Below are positions 51,907-64,000 of a stretch of DNA of 64,000 nt, in pieces. Source of the stretch: Camelus ferus (Eukaryota). Under the pieces are notes generated by a model that searched no databases, was not told where the DNA came from, and was given only the letters and a program-made list of their open reading frames with translations. Each line of letters begins with the position of its first letter. Position 1 is the stretch's first letter. The DNA lies in contig NC_045697.1 of the NCBI RefSeq assembly GCF_009834535.1, positions 114,888,001 through 114,952,000 on the forward strand, in the 5' to 3' direction. The translations under genes and the position numbers were made by a program.

Positions 51907-53599
51907 GGGTCACATCACAATATTTTCTTCTTAAGTGAAACCCTGAGAATGAGGAAAAAATTTCAAGTCTTACTTGGGTAATTAATTTTTTCTCTGACCT
52001 TGAAGAGGTAGTTTAATCCCAATTTCCTTTCCATGTAAATATTAAGGTACTCCATCTCTCTTTAAAAAATCATGTCAATTAAGTAGGCGATGGGTTAGAC
52101 TTTTCCAGGTGTATAAATGACTCCCTGAGTGTAAATTACATTGTACTAACTGCATTAAGCCACCAGTGCCTGAAATTCAGTGAATTACGGCTCTACTGCA
52201 CTAAATGCCCCCTAATGACTTGAAATACTCTCAGAAACATCCAGCTTTAATACCAGGGGTTTCCTAATATTCATTGCAAAACTCGAAGAGAGGCGTATTA
52301 CCTATTCGTGGCATGTTTTCTCACTCCTCGTAGAAAAACAAATCTGACAGGAAGCTTGAAAGCTAATTAGATTTTACAGCACACCCACTGCTTTTAATTT
52401 ATAAGATGTACTTTAAAGGGAATAAAAAATAAGCAAGTTAAGAGGACTATTTAAATTCATCATGCTAAACAGAATTTCTGAAGCATGAAGCAAAAGTTGT
52501 CCCCAAACACTGGGTAGTGTAACACCTGTCAAAATACTCTCTAATTAGTAAAATCTAAGAGCAGTTCATGGTGAATGCAGTTTTCCATACTTTCAAACTG
52601 AGTACATTTTAGGGCCTTGAAACATCCGTCTATTTTAACATTGAGTATCATTTCCATGAGACCTTTATCATCTACCGAAATGTGTTACCATTTTTAGATG
52701 TCTGCCTACATGCCTAGCTATTCAATGGTATTTTTTATTTGATCATAATGGTGTTCTGTTGTATTAGTGGTTCCATGTTGATTTCCATATCTGTTGCTGA
52801 AATTAAGGATCTCACTAACTTCGATGTAATTTATTACTTTTTTTTTTATTGGAGTTACAACTGCGATTTTTTAAAAAACGTCTTCACATTTTTAATTTCT
52901 TGAATCTTGAATATACTATTTTGGCTTCACTTTCTCCTACTTGGTATAAAAGCACCAGAGATTGTTTTCTTAACTCATTTTTCTCTCCCCTCTGTTTATG
53001 TTTTTCTATCTTTTGTGACATCACCTTCACCTCTGATCAGTTGCTTCACAAGCCAAAATATCTTATCTCCTCCATAGCCCTATGAATATCCAAAAGAAAT
53101 TTACATTTTTATAGATATCTGTTTCATAAGCAAATGTTAAAAATAAAAATAAATCTCATTTGCTAAGACAAATGGAAGTCTTAGTATATCTCTTGGAGTT
53201 TCTGTCTTCCAGTCATAGTTGACTTTTCCAAATATTATCTGTCCTATAATCTAAGTAATGTATTTTTTATGTCATTTGAGATTTCTTATTTTGAAGAGAC
53301 TCAGCACATGTCTGTCTCCTTTTGAAAAGACCAACTCTGAAAAATATATGCAAGGAATGATCAGGGCACATAAGAAATGGCAGAAAAAAACAATAAAAAA
53401 AAAAAAAAAACATTTGAATGTATGGAGACTTGATTTTATGTTTTTGTTATGTTTTTATGTTATGTTTATGTATGAATGCTATGGAAGATGGACATTTATG
53501 TTGTTTCTGCTATAATTATCATAATAAATCAAAGTACCTTCTGGATCTCCATTTATAATTTATCTTAAGAGACTTTTACATATGCACTGATTTGCAGTT

Positions 53600-54220
53600 A
53601 TTGTCTACAACTCCAAATCTACCTTTTCAACTCTGTGATGCAAAAATTGGAACTCAGGAAACTCCATTATGCATACATTTCTGTCAGTTTAATTCATGTT
53701 GCAATTTTCCACTAGGAGTCACTAGAGGATGATCGGAAGTGTAGGGACAAGGAGAATGACATCTTTCCTTTTCCATATTCCTGCTAGGGTGCCCCAGCAT
53801 TGGAGGTTCCTGGTCCGGGCAGGCTGACCCAGAGGCTTTTTGGCTGTCCCCAGAATAGCTCCACTGAGCCTCTTCAAATATCCCTGCCTCTGATGTCTGA
53901 GTAAAAGCAGTTCACAGAACTCCTCTGAAGTCCTGAGGCACAGAATATTTAGATGACCCATTCCTCAAATATCTGCATTACAAATGCAAATAGCCCCTTA
54001 ATCAAACTCCCGATTGCTGGAAACCCAGCCTCTTCCATTTGGCTTGTCTGCCCTTAGGGGCATAATGCTCCCCGACTTACGTTCTCTGACTGTCCTTACT
54101 CTTTTATAGTTTTGCTTTTTAGCCTTCTTGTCGCTGTAAAAAGAATTTCCTTATATGAAATCCATCATTTAAAATAGCTAATATAGTTTTTGATTTTTTT
54201 GACTAGTCCATGACTACTAT
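53600..54220 (+). mobile_element. LTR33-like old ERVL LTR
   Basis: ctctgtgatgc...ccactaggagtcactagaggatgatcggaag and the 3' block tttaaaatagctaatatagtttttgattttttgactagtccatgact resemble LTR33 as recalled. Confidence 0.6.
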
Positions 54221-55044
54221 TATTTAAGGTCCAGGCTATGGACTGCAAAACTAATTTCCAAAAAAACTTTTTTGCATTTGTATTAATGAAATCAATACAC
54301 GAAAATGCATTTTTTTCTCCATGTCTTTTCACCTATTTACCTCATTTTAAAATATTTATTAACATTATGTGTTACAAAGGACAGTTTATTTTAATTCATA
54401 TTTATTTCATCAAAAATGATTTTTATTAATATTATTCACAAGTTTTAGCCATTTTTAGAGGTGTTTGAAATATTTTAAATAGATATTTTGCTGAGAATAT
54501 TCCGGTTCATTTTTATAAAACACAATTTTCACATATATGAAATATTCCCTTTTCTTGGATAGCTTTTGGGAAAGGGTAGGAAAGGCTGCACTCTAATTTT
54601 CTGTTTTACATTTTACAGATTAAATTTTTAGGTGATTGTCATAAGTTATTAAATTCTTCTGCTTACAAATGGAAATGAATTGAAATAGAAAACCAGCTTT
54701 GAGAACCCTCAGTGTACCTACTGGCATCACTCACAATTTATTTGAAGGAACGATAATTAGAACAAATGATATTTTAAAAAAATGGACACAGTGCATTTCC
54801 ACCTGCTGTACCAACTTCTGCCAGTGGAAATAGCAGGGATTCATCCGTATATAATCATTCTCTCTTATTTCAAATAAAATAACTGCATCACCATGGCTTT
54901 TTGCCTATCGTGTTTATTTCTTTATTCCATCATTAATGCTTTAGTCATTTTTTTTACCTAAAATATCATAAACAGAAAAAAAAAGTATTCACACTCCTGG
55001 GATCACTGTAATTATTTTCAGTATATGTAAAAGTAGCTCCTATT

Positions 55045-56760
55045 TTGAATAAACTTTCCACTTTAGAATAGTTCTGAAAACGGCACTGAGAGCTCTCAAA
55101 TGCCCTGAAACCAGTTTCCCTTCTGTTAACAGCCTATAATGGTATATTTGTCACAGTTAATGAACTAACACTGATACACGATATTTGGCTACAATCCATA
55201 TTTTCTAAGTTGTGTCAAGAATACTAATGAGTCCATCCATACAGTCTGCGTTTCTCCTCCTGTGTTTTCTCATTTCGAGTATTTCATTTTGAGTCTTCTG
55301 TAGCGTTTCCATCTCTCCACTTTAATTTCTCATCCCTCCTGTACGTCCCCCACTTTTTCGGGAGCGCCTTTCATGTGGTGGTCACAGTTACTTTAAATTC
55401 TCCATCTAGGTCCAATGTCCCTGTTACAGTTGGATCTGGTCCTGATGTTGCTTTGTCTCTTCACGCTGCTTTTACTTTTTGACCTTTGTCACCCCTTGTC
55501 ATTTTTTTTGCTGCTATCCAGACGTGTCATATCAGGTTATAGAACTGAGATAAACTAGGCCTTTTGTGTAGGAGTTTTTGTTAATCTGGTTAGGAGTTGT
55601 CCTGGGCTTAGTATTTGTTGTACTTGTGGGTGCATAAGGCTTCAAATTCCTCTAATGTCCTTTTTTTTCTGTTTTCTTTCTTGACACTGGGCTTCCCTAT
55701 GTACTTCTCCTTAAAATGTGTCTGTGTCTTGTGGTACTTTTGTTAGGGCAGATAGATAGTTAGATATGAGCAGAGAAAGAGGGGCATGGATCAAATGGCA
55801 GAAAACCATACATCTTGTGAATAATGGGGTTCCTTGGACAGACCAAGAAAAACAGGATCCTCTCGACTGATGAAAAAAAAAAAAAAAACATGCCTTCTGG
55901 GTTAATAAATGTCCTGGAGGCAGAAGGGTGGGACAGGACAGGAATCACCTCTTTCCAAATGTAACCTTTTGCTTGTGATACCCCCATCCAAATGTAACCT
56001 TTGGTCATCATGACCTCATTCAAATTCCTGATCAAGACTAAATAAGGATGAAAAATCCTTCCTCTCACCTGGGAAGGTGGAGCTGGGATGAAGATTAGGA
56101 AAGACGACCCCAAACCCCTCCCTGCCAATGAATATCCTGTCCATTCATTCTCACACCCAGATAACCAGCTTGCCAAGGAAACTCGGGGCAGCCACCCACC
56201 TGGGTCAGCCTGCCCTTCCCTTGAGAGCACACCGTCTACCCTTTAATAAATCCTTGCTTTGCTTTCTTGACCTCCGTGTCTTGTTCCTGAATTCTTTCCA
56301 CAACAAGACAAGAACCTTCCACCCACAGCACTGTTACTTGCAGCCCATGTTTATTAGAGCAGAGCTCTGTCTACGTGATCCTAAGGCTTGGATGCACTTC
56401 ATCATCTTCCAAAGAAATCTAAGTCTCTTACTGAGCCTGTATCTTGGGACTACGATTTTCACAAGTGTTTTTCTTTCTCCGACGCCTTCCCCAGCCGCAG
56501 TGCCTGCAATGTCTTTTAAGCATCAGTCCCTTGTTGTCTATGTATTTCTCCCTCACCCCATCATTGTGTAGGTGCTACAGGAAAGCTGAAGGGGAAGAAT
56601 GGGGGAGAAATGTCGTTCCACCCGTGAGGCTAAGGTTCTGGCAAACTTTTTTTTTCTCTAGGAAACAGACCTTTGTCATGAGTCACATATTTGCATACTT
56701 CATAATGCTTACTATCCCTTCCTCTCCCAGAGTCAGGGGATTTCTTTCAGAGCTTCACTG
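55045..56760 (-). mobile_element. Old L1M fragments (3' end at ~55045-55205, 5'-region piece beyond) interrupted by an LTR
   Basis: ccagtttcccttctgttaacagc...atggtatatttgtcacagttaatgaactaacactgatacac, and further on ggatctggtcctgatgttgctttgtctcttca. Confidence 0.6.
55741..56330 (+). mobile_element. Solo LTR (family of 5209-5863 and 30441-31089)
   Basis: tgttagggcagatagatagttagatatgagcagag ... acccacagca, with AATAAA at ~56245 and TSD cttt/ctgt. Confidence 0.9.
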
Positions 56761-58179
56761 TACAAGTACATCTACTGATTATTTTCCTTCAAGTATTCTA
56801 TTTATTCAGTTAAAAATATGAAGTTATACCAAGTATGTTTTCTGAAATAAGTTAGAAAAGGCAATGGGATTGCATGGCCCTTGCTGGGATCAGAGGTTGG
56901 GTTCAAGAAACACCATAAAGGAAGACAGTGAATAGTCATCCACTTGAAGCTAGATGAGGGAACCAGAGGTTTTCCTCAGCAACACAGGAAGTGATTTTCA
57001 TCAGCAGCAGAGCGCCGAAAAATGTGCAGCGCCCAGATCAAGGACTGGGATTAATCAGGTGTAGATGAACTTCAAGTAACATTCAGTTCCAAACTTAGCA
57101 AGTCTGCAACACCAACACCAGGCTGTGACTGAAAATGAGAAGAATCCTGACATACAGGTGAGTACCATCTGAGTGGATAGACTCAGAAGCCTTGAAACGT
57201 CAGATTTCCTTGACATATTCCTTGGCTTGCAAAACATCCCTTTCCTTCTGTTGAAGGCTAGTGCCCTTCCTGTGCCTGGAAATCTCTGCTTTGCTAGGTA
57301 ATGCGTACTCCCCTGACCTCTTGTCCACCTCTTTTCCTTCATCGTAACTTTGGTCTTGCCACTTTCATTGGTAGAGGTTGCATATTCCCCTGGCCATTTA
57401 CCAAGAGACACAGAAAGGTGCAGGCTTTGAAATGAGCCAAGAATATCAACATGTTCTACTGCAGATCCCATTTGTGACATAAGCAGCCTTGCTAATTGGG
57501 CCATGTCTCCCATGCCCCTAATGGATTAATGGTATCTGAATGGTACAGAGTACCATGAGTTTATGCCAAGCCCTGAAGAAAATCAAAACATAATCTCAGT
57601 AGAAAACCAAAACAAAGCCTTGATTTCTACAATACAGAGTTGCTTACAAATAGCTCTGTTGGTATTATTAGGTCTTAGTAGAAACGAAGAATTTGATTCT
57701 AAGATATTGAGTGATTGTGCAATTCAAATTGTCCATCAGTGTTGATTTCGATCTGACTCAGCAAGTCAGGGTGTCAGGTGCATCCGGCAGCTGTCTGGTA
57801 ATTTGGAAGTGGTACTTCCAGGGTGACACACGAGCAGGCACAGTGACACCTATGCCACTAGAATTCCCAGAATTCCATTGTCATTTCTCCCTTAATTTTA
57901 TCTTTGACCGTACAGGGTGTCTCTTTTGACAAACTAAAAAATAAACAAAGAGACAGAGACTGATCTCTGATGAGTCAACTTAATATCTGGGTACAAACAA
58001 AGATGAAACACCGGCTTATATCAGGGCTATCCCTAAAAGGCAGTGAGTAGGGGACGTTCCCACACTGAGCAGAACTTTGGGCAGTGCATTTGATTACCCA
58101 CCTTGTTTGGAAATAGAAGTGTGGTTGAGAGAATAGCTTCTTGCCTCATGCAGGAAAGAATTCAAGAGCAAGGTATAGT

Positions 58180-58190
58180 AAAGTGAAAGC
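58180..58190 (+). promoter_or_regulatory. IRF-E motif (AAAGTGAAAGC) inside the MER41-like LTR
   Basis: Matches the IRF1/2 consensus AAA(G/C)(T/C)GAAA(G/C)(T/C). Motif match only, with no binding data. Confidence 0.5.
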
Positions 58191-58485
58191 AAGTTTAGAG
58201 AGATACACACTCCATAGGCAGAGTGCGGTCCATCTCACTCAGAAGGAAAAATGGCTTAAGAGATACACACTCCATTGGCAGAATGTGGGCCATCCCAGAA
58301 AGGTGAGAGGGAGAGAAGCTGAGAGGTGTCGGGTATTTAGTTTAAAGTAAAAGTAGATACATGCTCCGACAGAGCGAGTGTTGTCTCAGAAGGCACCATG
58401 AGGTACAGAGCTAGTTTTTGTGGGCTTGGTCATTTCATATGCTAATGAGGAGAATTATTCCAACTACTTTGGGGAAGGGAAGAGG

Positions 58486-58498
58486 ATTTCCAGGAAAT
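58486..58498. promoter_or_regulatory. Palindromic GAS/STAT motif ATTTCCAGGAAAT inside the MER41-like LTR
   Basis: TTCN3GAA core (58488-58496) with symmetric flanks. Motif match only. Confidence 0.55.
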
Positions 58499-59099
58499 AC
58501 TCCCCCCTCCCAGACTACTTTTTGAGCTTTTATGGTCAGCCTGGGAACTGCCGTGGTGCCTGGGTGTGCATGAGGCTCACAGTCCACTGGAAGTTGAATC
58601 TTCTGCCATCTTGGTTCTAACTAGTTTGTCTTGTCCTCAATGGCTGTGTCATTTCTTCAGTGGTTGTGCCCTGCCCTCTTTCCTCCAGTTTCAAAATTAC
58701 CCAAGTACAAATACATTAAGACTCAAAAGCGGTGAAGAATATTATCACTAGTTGGTTAGGGACCTATAATAGTAAAGATTGGGAGGTCATTGTACACATA
58801 CAATGTGTTCATTGTATGAAATGCAATATAAAAATTATACTGCAATTTCTGAAAAAAAAAAAAACCCACATGCTCAAGAGTACTAAAATGCCAAGTGATA
58901 AGCAATTTGAAGCTACTTCAGTGTTTTAAGTGTAGAAACAGGAAATTGTAGAATCAATTTGAGCTCAACAGGATAATGGGAATTAAACTTTTAAATTCAA
59001 CATGGGTAAGCCATTATATATATACTGAATAATGACTAGGAACTCAATCAAACCAATTACTGCCTGTATGAGTGACTTTGTATTATCCCAAATACAGTT

Positions 59100-59500
59100 G
59101 TTGCTTAGTCTCCAATCCAGAAATCTAGAAAGAAAAAGTTAGGATAAGATTTGATATCTATTTTTATTTCAGAACAAATTAGAATGTAACTGCAGGACAT
59201 CAAAAATAAGGGGGCAAAGCAATTTAAAAGCTACTAGATTGAAAAGACAGATAACCTTCAAAAGAAAGAAAATCTAATTATCATTAAATTGTTCACTAGT
59301 AACTGTAAGATACAGAGTAAATGTAATAAGGATTTTAAACTACTGAGAAAAAATGACAGTAAACATTCTCTCTTATGGCAGTGGAATATCCATCCAAGAA
59401 TCATAAAAGGCATTTTTTTCAGACAAATCTACAGTCACATATTTTACAGTTAAAACAACCCATACTGAAAGACTGATTGAAAGATATTCTTACTCAAAAT
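59100..59500 (+). mobile_element. Ancient L1/HAL1 ORF1-like fragment
   Basis: tttaaaagctactagattgaaaagacagataaccttcaaaag...ttttaaactactgagaaaaaatgac...aaaggcatttttttcagaca. Confidence 0.5.
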
Positions 59501-59510
59501 GCACATTTAT

Positions 59511-60719
59511 CTATTTTATATATGGTAGTTAGTATCTGTAAATCTCAAGCTCCCAATTTATCCCTTCCCACCTTCTGCCCCCATTGGTAACCATAAGTTT
59601 GTTTTCTATGTCTGTGAGACTCTTTCTGTTTTGTAAATAAGTTCATTTGTCTTTTTTTTATATAATTCTCATATAAATGATATCATATGATATTCTTTTT
59701 CTTTCTGGCTTACTTCACTCAGAATAACAATCTCCAGGTCCTTCCATGTTGCTGCAAATGACATGATTTTATTCTTTTTTATAGCTGAGTAGTATTCCAT
59801 TGTATAAACATCACAGCTTCTTTATCCAGTCATCTGTCTATGGACACTTAGGTTGTTTCCATGCCTTGGCAATTGTATATATGGCTATGAACATTGGGGT
59901 GCATGTTTATTTTCTAATTAAAGTTCCCTCTGGATATATGCCCAGGAGTGAGATTGCTGGATCATATAGTAAGTCTATTTACAGTATTTTGAGGATTCTT
60001 CATACTGTTTTCCATATGGCTGCACAAAACTACATTCCCACCAACAGTGTAAGAGGGTTCCCTTTTCTCCACACCTTCTCCAGCTTTTATCATTTGTGGA
60101 CTTTTGAATGATGGCTGTTCTGACTGGTGTGAGGTGATAACTCATTGTAGTTTTGATTTGCATTTCTCTGATAATTAGCAATACTAAGTATTTTTTCATA
60201 TGCCTATTGGCTATTTGTATGTCTTTACTGGAGAATTGCTTGTTTAAGTCTTCTGCCCATTTTTGGGCAGACTTAAAATTATTATTAAGATGTATGACCT
60301 CTTTATATATTTAGGAAATTAGTCCCTTGTCAGTCTTATCTTTTGCAAATATTTTCTCCCATTCTGTACCTGTAGGTTGTCTTTTTATTTTATGGTTTCC
60401 TTTGCTGTGCAAAGGCTTTTAAGTTTAATTAGGTCCTATTTGTTTATTTTTGCTTTTATTTCTATTGCTGGGGAGACTGCTCTAGGAGAACATTGCTAAG
60501 ATTTATGTTGGATAATGTTTTGCCTATGTTTTCTTCTAAGAGGTTTATAATGTCTTATGTTTAAGTCTTTAAGCCATTTTGAGTTTATTTTTGTGTGTGG
60601 TGTGAGGGAGTGTTCTAACTTCATGGATTTACATGCAGCTGTCCAGCTTTCCCAACACTGTTTGCTGAAGAGACTGTCTTTTCTCTATGGTTTGTTCTTG
60701 CCTCCTTTGTCACAGGTAA
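59511..60719 (-). mobile_element. L1 ORF2 C-terminal region + partial 3'UTR, with no polyA tail
   Basis: ORF 59975-60199 reads [20 protein letters not shown]...[15 protein letters not shown] (L1 ORF2p). Flanked by acatttat at 59503-59510 and 60720-60727. Confidence 0.92.
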
Positions 60720-63700
60720 ACATTTATATGTATTGTGCATTCAAAACTTGATTTCAAAGACAAGGGAGGTATATTTTATGAAAATTGATATATTCTCTGA
60801 CTATAGTTTGGAAATTTCACTGAGATATTAAATTTACACAGATAAATAAAATGATTACATAAAGGAAATATAAAAGTGGCAAAATTATACATGGATAGGG
60901 TTATCACTTTAAGCCTAGTTTTCCATTCATTAACTTAAAATTTCTCCAAAGGAAGAATTGAAGATCCCTGAAATGTGCATGAAAGCTTGTTCAATTCTTT
61001 CACGTTAAAAAACAAACAAACAAAAAAAGGGAAAACCAATTAGGAGACAAATTATACTTTAACATTTAAAGCTTTCACTTTAAAAATAAAGTGAAAAAGA
61101 TAAACACTCTTTTCTCACTTAAATCTCTTTATAAAAATGATAATTATTTTCTGAGTGCAACTTAGATCCCTACTCTGCTTTGTCAGTAGCCTTGCAGAGG
61201 ATAAATACACAGATGAGGACACAGTTCTTTTGTGCTTAGAAACGCATGTGAAATTGTGAAACTCTTGCTGATAATATGTACTCCTTGCAAATTGAACTAC
61301 TAAATTTTCATTATGAAGTAGTTTTTAAAGTAATATTAAGGTACCAAAATCTCTAAAACAGCTGATTTGTACTATTTTGCATTCTATTAGATCTGTTATT
61401 AACTGCATCCTCAATTCTGAATTATTTGCCATGTGCTTTAAATGTTCTAGAGTCACTTTTTATAGACAGTATGCTGTTTCCAAAATTAGACTATGTACTT
61501 CTGAGGGTCAGCGTTTAGACATGTTGTTTCTTGTGTATGTCAGTATATTGTTTATAGAGTGATTGATTACATGTCCTTACTAGTCTGGAAAAATCCAGTT
61601 TTATATATGCTGTTCTTGAATTCCATTTGTTTTATATTTGGTCCCATATTGTCCATCTTTTCTGTGTCATTATAATTTTTAGTCGCATTAATAAAGCCAG
61701 GATGGGCTTGTGTGGTTTCCATTTTGTGCATTGGTTTCCGCCATGTTTTTCTATAACAGGGACTGAGAGGCATGAGTTGCAAGTAGCATTTTACCTTCAA
61801 CACAATGTTCAGCCTATCCTTTGAGATGCAACAGTCAGTATTTCCCTTTTAAGGAAGTATTTAATGCTGTTCGGCCGGATGGTCACTTGTTCCTTCAGCC
61901 ATTTTGTCTTATGGCCCATGTTGCAGGCCAAGTCATATTATATACAGAGCCAGGCCATCAGGTAAGGAGATGACAGGGAAATATGGGCAATTACAGGTTC
62001 ATTGCACATAAAATGTGTGTGGAAAATAGAGTCTGATTAGTTCTATCTTAGCTTGCATAGAGTTGTCTGAATACTCTTGTTATAAAGATAAAGAATTTCT
62101 TGCAGGAAATGACTCTAGCAATTTGTTTTATCATTTTGTGAGATTCCTTTCTTTACTTTTAGAATTAAACATTTCCCCAGCTGTGAGCTGCAAAAAAAGA
62201 AAAAGAAACTAAATTGCATACAAATTTAAAAAGTGAGTATTGAATTTTTGCTTTTCCAAGTGAAAGAGTTGATGGTTGTATAGCCTGCACAAACTGTACA
62301 TCTGACATCTAATTTGCGGACAGAATTGTTTTACTGACAATATGGAAACCAGAAGATGCAAACCTTCTGAAAAAAATATCAGCATGACTTTTCTAATAGA
62401 GCAAATGACTATGATAGTAAATTCTAAGTTTAAAAAAATTAAGATGAATTATTTTGTTTGTAATGGTAATATGAGTACAAATTTCAGTGGATAACAGCAT
62501 CATGATATAAACAATGTTCTAACCAAAATGAAAAAGATTTAGTCTTGGAATTGGTTGTGATACATACCCATTTGAAATACACCTAAACTGTTGTATTTAG
62601 CAATCAAATATAAGCACTTGTGTACAAAGATTACCGGTATTTTCACAGTATAAGATATCAGAATCAAAATATTTTTGCAATAAAGCAAATGTTGAATAAA
62701 TGCATTATATGCAGAATTTAATACATACTCTTTTTTGCCTGGTATTGACTGAATTAAGAAATGTTAGAATCTCTGATTCTTGAAATTATCACTTTTTAAA
62801 ATACATCTAAGTATCCTACAAAGTTTTAAAATAATTTTAAAATAAATTTTACAAATAAAATAATTTTATAAACTCTGTAGTATTTGTTGCATTACAAAAA
62901 AATCAATTGAAACTTATTAATCAGAGTATTCAACAAATGGAGCATCAAAAACTGCAGATTTTAACATGTTAATTAACAGGCAGCAATTATTTGAAACAAA
63001 AGTTACAAAAAGGTCAAAATCGAATTATGTATCTTTGCAAGCAAGGGAGAAAATGCAAAATATAAAATAAAAAAGATGAGATCTTCAGACTATCTTCAAA
63101 TTTTACTTTTAAATTCCATAATTTTTAAAAATATCTTCAAATGTAGAAAGAATCTATTGTTGGAACTTCTACTTTTAGCTGTATTTAAATTTTTATGCTA
63201 TAATGAAATGGGATGGAAGTTGGAAAGCTTTAGATGTTTCATCATCTCATAACAAGGACAATCCACTTATTTTATTACATGTATCTTATAAAAATGTATG
63301 TCAAAGACAAATGTTCTTCAGTGGAGGCATAAAGACAGTATTAATGAAACTATTTGGGATGAAACATTTATAGAACTTAATATAAAATTTATTAGAATTA
63401 ATATCCTTGATTTAGTTCAACTTGCTAGGTCTACTTTCCAGGTGTGTTCAATGTGCCTCTGTAGTGTCTTGTCAATGAAAAATAAAGTGGTCTAGCAATC
63501 ACTATATTAACTTTAATAAATTATTAAATAAATTAAATTATTAAATTAATTAACCTTGATAAGTTAATAGGCTTACCTTAAAAAAATTTAAAGAAGATTT
63601 CAGGTTATTTTTTATAAAAAAAATAAGTATTAAACACTATTGAAAGTATATATTCCTTAGAAAAATGCCATTGATTTAAGAATCTGATAAAATATATGAA

Positions 63701-64000
63701 CAGTTCCAAGAATAATTACTTGATTTGGTCTTATTTTTAAATGATCAGGTGATAAAAATTTAAAATATAAAATTTGAGGCGGTTTTCAAGGATGTGGGTA
63801 TATGCCATTTTACTTTTAGCAGACTTATGTCTTAAAAATATATTTGTAAAGCAAGTGACCAATTTAGTAAAGCCAATTATTTTCAATAAATATTTTTAAA
63901 AATTAAAAACAAGCCCCAAATCATCTTACTTATAACCAAACTCTGAATGTAACAGCTTCTCAGTAAGTAATGTTAATTACTTTCTTCATTTTTCTTTCTG

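Larger units (their letters stand above)
58104..58693 (-). mobile_element. MER41-like solo LTR
   Basis: The minus strand starts tgaaactggaggaaagagggcagggcac and carries the same blocks as 13128-14335, with a repeated 'agatacacactccat' unit. The left boundary is uncertain by about 10 bp. Confidence 0.87.

Noticed and set aside
55760..56571. 156-aa and 147-aa overlapping ORFs
   Set aside because: They lie within or run out of a solo LTR and old L1 sequence, and show no protein features.
57055..57513. 152-aa minus-strand ORF, the longest outside recognised repeats
   Set aside because: It has no recognisable domain or family and no supporting promoter or splice structure on that strand. One ORF of this length can occur by chance in 64 kb. 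A BLASTP hit or positive PhyloCSF score would be needed.
58200..58400. Repeat-spacer-like units 'agatacacactccat' about 60 bp apart
   Set aside because: These are internal tandem modules of the MER41-like LTR, also seen in the copy at 13173-13839. The context is eukaryotic, with no cas genes.

Overview
This is AT-rich mammalian DNA, most likely camelid (alpaca/llama/camel). That assignment is inferred from four copies of the tRNA-derived vic-1-type SINE plus cetartiodactyl-type L1 3' ends and a Tigger1-derived element. I can support no intact protein-coding gene, tRNA, rRNA or CRISPR array. Most ORF-track entries are chance ORFs in LTRs, L1 or microsatellites. The only recognisable protein remnants are L1 ORF2 C-termini, a decayed class-I ERV gag and a decayed ERVL pol. 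The window looks like a gene desert or large intron with about 20 LTR-derived pieces, and it has three nested-insertion stacks. (i) 4.7-9.15 kb: a Tigger1-derived element contains a deleted provirus, which itself contains two solo LTRs, plus one separate solo LTR. (ii) 13.1-14.3 kb: a MER41-like LTR sits inside another MER41-like LTR. (iii) 27.6-32.2 kb: a mosaic LTR sits inside a MER21-like LTR, and an ERVL pol fossil is split by an LTR and a SINE. The most functionally suggestive observation is a MER41-like solo LTR at about 58.1-58.7 kb. It keeps a palindromic GAS (STAT1) site and an IRF-E, while the two sister copies in this window lack both, so it is a candidate interferon-inducible enhancer. 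Other notable items are a tail-less L1, an orphan polyadenylated retrocopy, two candidate spliced exons and non-repetitive blocks that look like conserved enhancers. I found no convincing novel biological system. Repeat family names were assigned from remembered consensus sequences and need RepeatMasker/Dfam confirmation.
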